A DNA stretch of 63,999 nt, counting the filler, from Circinaria calcarea (Eukaryota): assembly GCA_051942165.1 (NCBI GenBank). It is 9 parts of 9 records of this genome, joined end to end, with 100 filler letters (N's around TTAATTAATTAA, not from the genome) between each part and the next. Parts side by side here need not be neighbours in the genome. Positions count along the whole stretch, not along the records: positions 57,357 to 63,999 come from JAVECS010001530.1; 8 more parts are not named here. One strand, written 5' to 3'. Shown here one piece after another: positions 60,544 to 63,999 of the stretch. Each line of letters begins with the position of its first letter. The first letter of the stretch is position 1. The position numbers were made by a program, and so were the translations under genes. The notes beneath the pieces were generated by a model, which made no database searches, had not been told where the DNA came from, and saw only the letters and a program-made list of their open reading frames with translations.

Positions 60544-62501
60544 ATGCGTCCTATCCTGCACACAACCGTTGGCTTCCTCCTCGTCTGCACATCCCAAGCA
60601 GTACACTACTGCCCTCCTCTCGGTCCTGTCTTCGATGCCCCAACCGCCCTCTCAGATGATCCCTCCATCCGCGCAGCAGCCTTCAACCTTTCCGCTACAT
60701 TAGACCATGGCCTCAGGAATGGAACAATCGGTTTCAACTCCAGCATTACCTCCTTCTCGCTGAACCTCTTCTCCATCCACGAGGCCGCCGACGCCCCCAT
60801 GTTCCAGTACCACCACACAGCGCCACTGCTCAACACCTCTGCGGGAGGGACCAACAAGGTCGACGTCGACACGGTGTACCGGATGGGGAGCATTTCGAAG
60901 ACTGTCACCGTCCTGGAGCTGCTCCTGCACGACGGGAAAGTGAGCTTCGACGACCCGGTGATAAAGTACGTGCCGGAGCTGGCGGCCATTGCTGCGGAAT
61001 CGGGGACCGCCAACGAGATCGACGGACCCTCGTGGGCGGAGATTACGGTGGGGGCGCTGACAAGCCATTTAGCAGGGATTGGGAGAGAATGTGAGTTTTA
61101 TCAAGTGCCCTCTGAAGAAATTCCAACGTGAAGTAGAGAGGAACTGACTCGGTGTACCGCTCAACAGTCGCGGCGGGGGATCTGACAGCTAGCGACCTTC
61201 CCTTGACTCAGCTCGGATTACCGGCCCTAGCTGCTTCTGACGTGCCCACCTGCGGCAGAGACGGTTCACAGACCGGGTGTTCAAGGCAAGGTAAGTGGGA
61301 TGGTAAAACACCGCCTCCGTCGTCCTTTTCCGCCTGCAAACATCACCTAAAATTCTCAACAGAATTCTTCCAGGGCTTCACAAAGCGCCACCCAGTCTAT
61401 GCTCCCTTTGCCACACCTGTCTACTCCAACGCAGCGTTCTGGATCCTTGGCTATGTGATCGAGACGGTCACGGGTAAACCGTATGACCAAGCCGTTCACG
61501 ACGATATCTTTGCGCCACTCCACATGAATCGTACGAGCCTTACGAAACCACAGGAAAACTCTTGGGGCGTGGTGCCTATCGGACAGAGTGGTTGGGATTA
61601 TGATATCAAAGGCCTAGGAGCGTACGTGCCATTCCTGAACCCTTCTCATTCACTCCCAGCTCTCTGACTGACCTGACATTGTAGTGCCGGCGGAGTGTTC
61701 ACCTCCACGAACGACCTGTCAAATTTCTGCCGCGGCATCCTCTCCTCCACATTACTTTCCCCTGCACATACCCGGCGCTGGCTGAAACCCCTCGCGCATA
61801 CCACCTCCCTGAGATCTTCTGTCGGGGCGTCCTGGGAGATTATTCGCTCGGCATCCCTGACGCCCGATAACCGTGTCATCGACCTCTATACCAAATCCGG
61901 CGACATAGGCTTGTACCATTCTCTTATGGTGCTTGTTCCGGACTTTGATATCGCCCTCACGATCCTTACGGCAGGCGATGGCGACGCCGTTCTTACTCTT
62001 GCTGCAGCGGTTCTAGAACAGTTCCTACCGCTCGTGGACGGAGTTGCAAAATCGCAGACGGAGGCGCTATACGGAGGGAAGTACAGCTCGCCACGGGCGT
62101 CCAACTCAAGTCAATCCTCAATCACGCTCAAGGTCGACGCCGGGCCCGGCCTCCCTGTCACACAATGGCTTAGCGACGGGAACGACCTTCTGGCCCAGTT
62201 TTCCTCGTTCGTTGGGGCAGAGGGGAACACGCCGGACATGAGACTGTATCCGACCGGTCTGATCACCAAAACGGAGAGAGCTTTCCGAGCTGTCATCCGG
62301 GCATTTCCGACCAGTGGCACTGGTGCTGCAGGGGAGTCGGGCCTTTTGTCGGATCCATGTATTACCTGGTTTAGTATTGATGGCTTAAGGTATGGGTTGA
62401 TTGCAGTCGACGATTTCGTCTTTACGGTGGCGGAGGGAGGGAAGGTAACGGCGGTGGAGCCTAGAGTCGTTCGACAGACCCTGATGAAAGATTTGAGCTA
62501 G
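60544..62501 (+). CDS. Secreted serine beta-lactamase/transpeptidase-like protein (alkaline D-peptidase-like)
   Basis: Signal peptide, then CPPLGPVF. Catalytic motifs SISK (SxxK), YSN and KSG. Exons 60544-61090, 61168-61290, 61363-61621, 61685-62501. Confidence 0.9.
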
Positions 62502-62751
62502 AATTATGCGTTGAAGGTTGGCGAGAAGAAGAGTGGCAACAGTGGCGTGTGGATGGGTTTTCTAATTAGTACCACAGTCTGTATGATAGCTCGGGATCTT
62601 ATATTCCGGAATGAACTTTTTTAACCGCGTAACGTGTAAAACCATTAGGAAGTCGAGAGTTTATAAAGTTAAATATATTGGCATGTGTTTTAAATACTCC
62701 TCCCTGAGGCCGCTCGCCATACCCAAGCTCTGAGCCTTTATTCATGAAATT

Positions 62752-63999
62752 TCATTCTTGATCAATCACGTGATGAACCCAGATCCAATCCTGTGACTCC
62801 TTTCCAGCCTTGGAACAACACTCCAGGCCGATCTGACCCTCATTCGCATTGATCGGAAAGACAGCGCCGTGAATCCTCAAGTTCTCCGGCACCTCCCCAT
62901 CAGCTGTAGACGGGGTTCCATGCTCCTCCAGGGATGCGATCTTCGCCGCAATCAGAGCCATTCTCACACCATCCCACGGCCCTTCCCTCCCCGCCACCTT
63001 GAGCAGTTCAATCGCCCGCCATCGGGTTCGGTGACAGCGGCATTTGAAGGCGGTGAAGTATAACGGATAGATAACGCCCAAGTCGACGGCAAAGGTGAAT
63101 TTCCGAGCCTTTTGGCCGATTTTGGATGCCAGCACGAATGAGCCGAGGTCCACTATTTCCTGGAACTCGCCAAGGAAGTGGTCGTAAGCCGTTTCTTCCG
63201 GTTCCAAACTTGTGGACAGCCGGATCAGAGAAGCGATGTATTGCATCCTTAGGATGTGGCAGGACTGGGTGTCAGCTAGGTTTGTGGAGCCGCGCTGGTT
63301 TTGCAAGAGGAGGGAGAAATTGTGCAGCCAGTGGGCTAGCTCGTTCATCTGTTGCTGCCGATCGGCGAGGACATGATCGGGCGTTGGTGTGGAAAGCTCA
63401 TATCTCCAATGGAAAGAATGAAACCGGAGGAAGTCATACATGGCTGAAAGTTGTTTCATCAAGCCATCCCGTGCCTGTTCCACTGTAGTAAAGGCATGGT
63501 TAGGTTGCTCCGGCTCATCCGCCATGGCAAATTCCTCAACCCTCACGGGTAAGTTTGTAACTGCACCGTCAATCAATGAGGAAGCCTGGATATCCAACCG
63601 TACGAAACAATGTGCAACTTGCTCCAGAAATGCATTATGGGAATTCCGTTCTCTCCTTACCCCCGTTTGAGCTGTTGCGGGAAATCTAGCTTGAAGGCTC
63701 CTTAGAGTCTGGAGGCCCCCTTTCAAATGTACGAGTGCTGCGAGATTGTCACCGCGGAGAACATCGTATAAGATGAACAGCAAACAAGCAGTCAGCGTCT
63801 CCTCTAGAATGTCTGGGTCATCGCTGACGATACGGCGGTTGAGACATTGTAGAGCGTCATTGTACTTCTTCGTATGCAATACGGGGGAGTACATTTGCCC
63901 GTCACAGCTTGCTTGAACACTTTCGGATTGGAGATAAGCATGATGAAGGGCTCCAACAGCCACAACCGCTAGAAAGACGGCAGGCCTGGTGCTGCAGCT
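62752..63999 (-). CDS. Fungal Zn(II)2Cys6-type transcription factor, C-terminal regulatory region; 5' end outside the window
   Basis: Motifs AVVAVGALH, YNDALQCL, ACLLFILYDVLRGD..ALVHLKGGL, FVRLDIQA, LGVIYPLYFTAFKCR..RWRAIELL..REGPWDG. The zinc cluster itself is not visible. Confidence 0.8.
   Translation of the reverse strand, partial: SCSTRPAVFLAVVAVGALHHAYLQSESVQASCDGQMYSPVLHTKKYNDALQCLNRRIVSDDPDILEETLTACLLFILYDVLRGDNLAALVHLKGGLQTLRSLQARFPATAQTGVRRERNSHNAFLEQVAHCFVRLDIQASSLIDGAVTNLPVRVEEFAMADEPEQPNHAFTTVEQARDGLMKQLSAMYDFLRFHSFHWRYELSTPTPDHVLADRQQQMNELAHWLHNFSLLLQNQRGSTNLADTQSCHILRMQYIASLIRLSTSLEPEETAYDHFLGEFQEIVDLGSFVLASKIGQKARKFTFAVDLGVIYPLYFTAFKCRCHRTRWRAIELLKVAGREGPWDGVRMALIAAKIASLEEHGTPSTADGEVPENLRIHGAVFPINANEGQIGLECCSKAGKESQDWIWVHHVIDQE

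Noticed and set aside
60544..63999. Secondary-metabolite cluster or bacterial HGT (beta-lactamase-like gene plus transcription factor)
   Set aside because: The gene has three spliceosomal introns and belongs to a common fungal secreted family. No backbone synthase is visible.

Overview
Filamentous ascomycete (Pezizomycotina) nuclear DNA. It is not one locus: nine ~7-kb contigs, sorted by decreasing length, are joined by artificial 100-nt N44-TTAATTAATTAA-N44 linkers, so adjacency across linkers is meaningless. Most contigs carry intron-containing housekeeping genes: Sgm1/TMF-like, OPI3, APN1, BUB1/MAD3, RAD57, FMP40/SelO, an aldo-keto reductase, BET5, RAD23, DUF427, a TBC Rab-GAP, a Sec7-PH ARF-GEF, ECM14 and an atypical Hsp70. 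Accessory content includes a secreted Kex2-type repeat-peptide precursor, a HeLo-like/ankyrin gene, a secreted beta-lactamase-fold protein, a fungal transcription factor, a RIP-eroded pseudogene and MITE-like/foldback repeats. The standout is a tRNA-Gly(GCC) gene at 17431-17578. Besides a normal 22-nt anticodon-loop intron, it carries a 55-nt GTAAGC...CTAAT...TAG insertion between tRNA positions 48 and 49. This looks like a spliceosomal intron, and its exact removal restores a perfect cloverleaf. Gene models were read by eye and no database searches were run.
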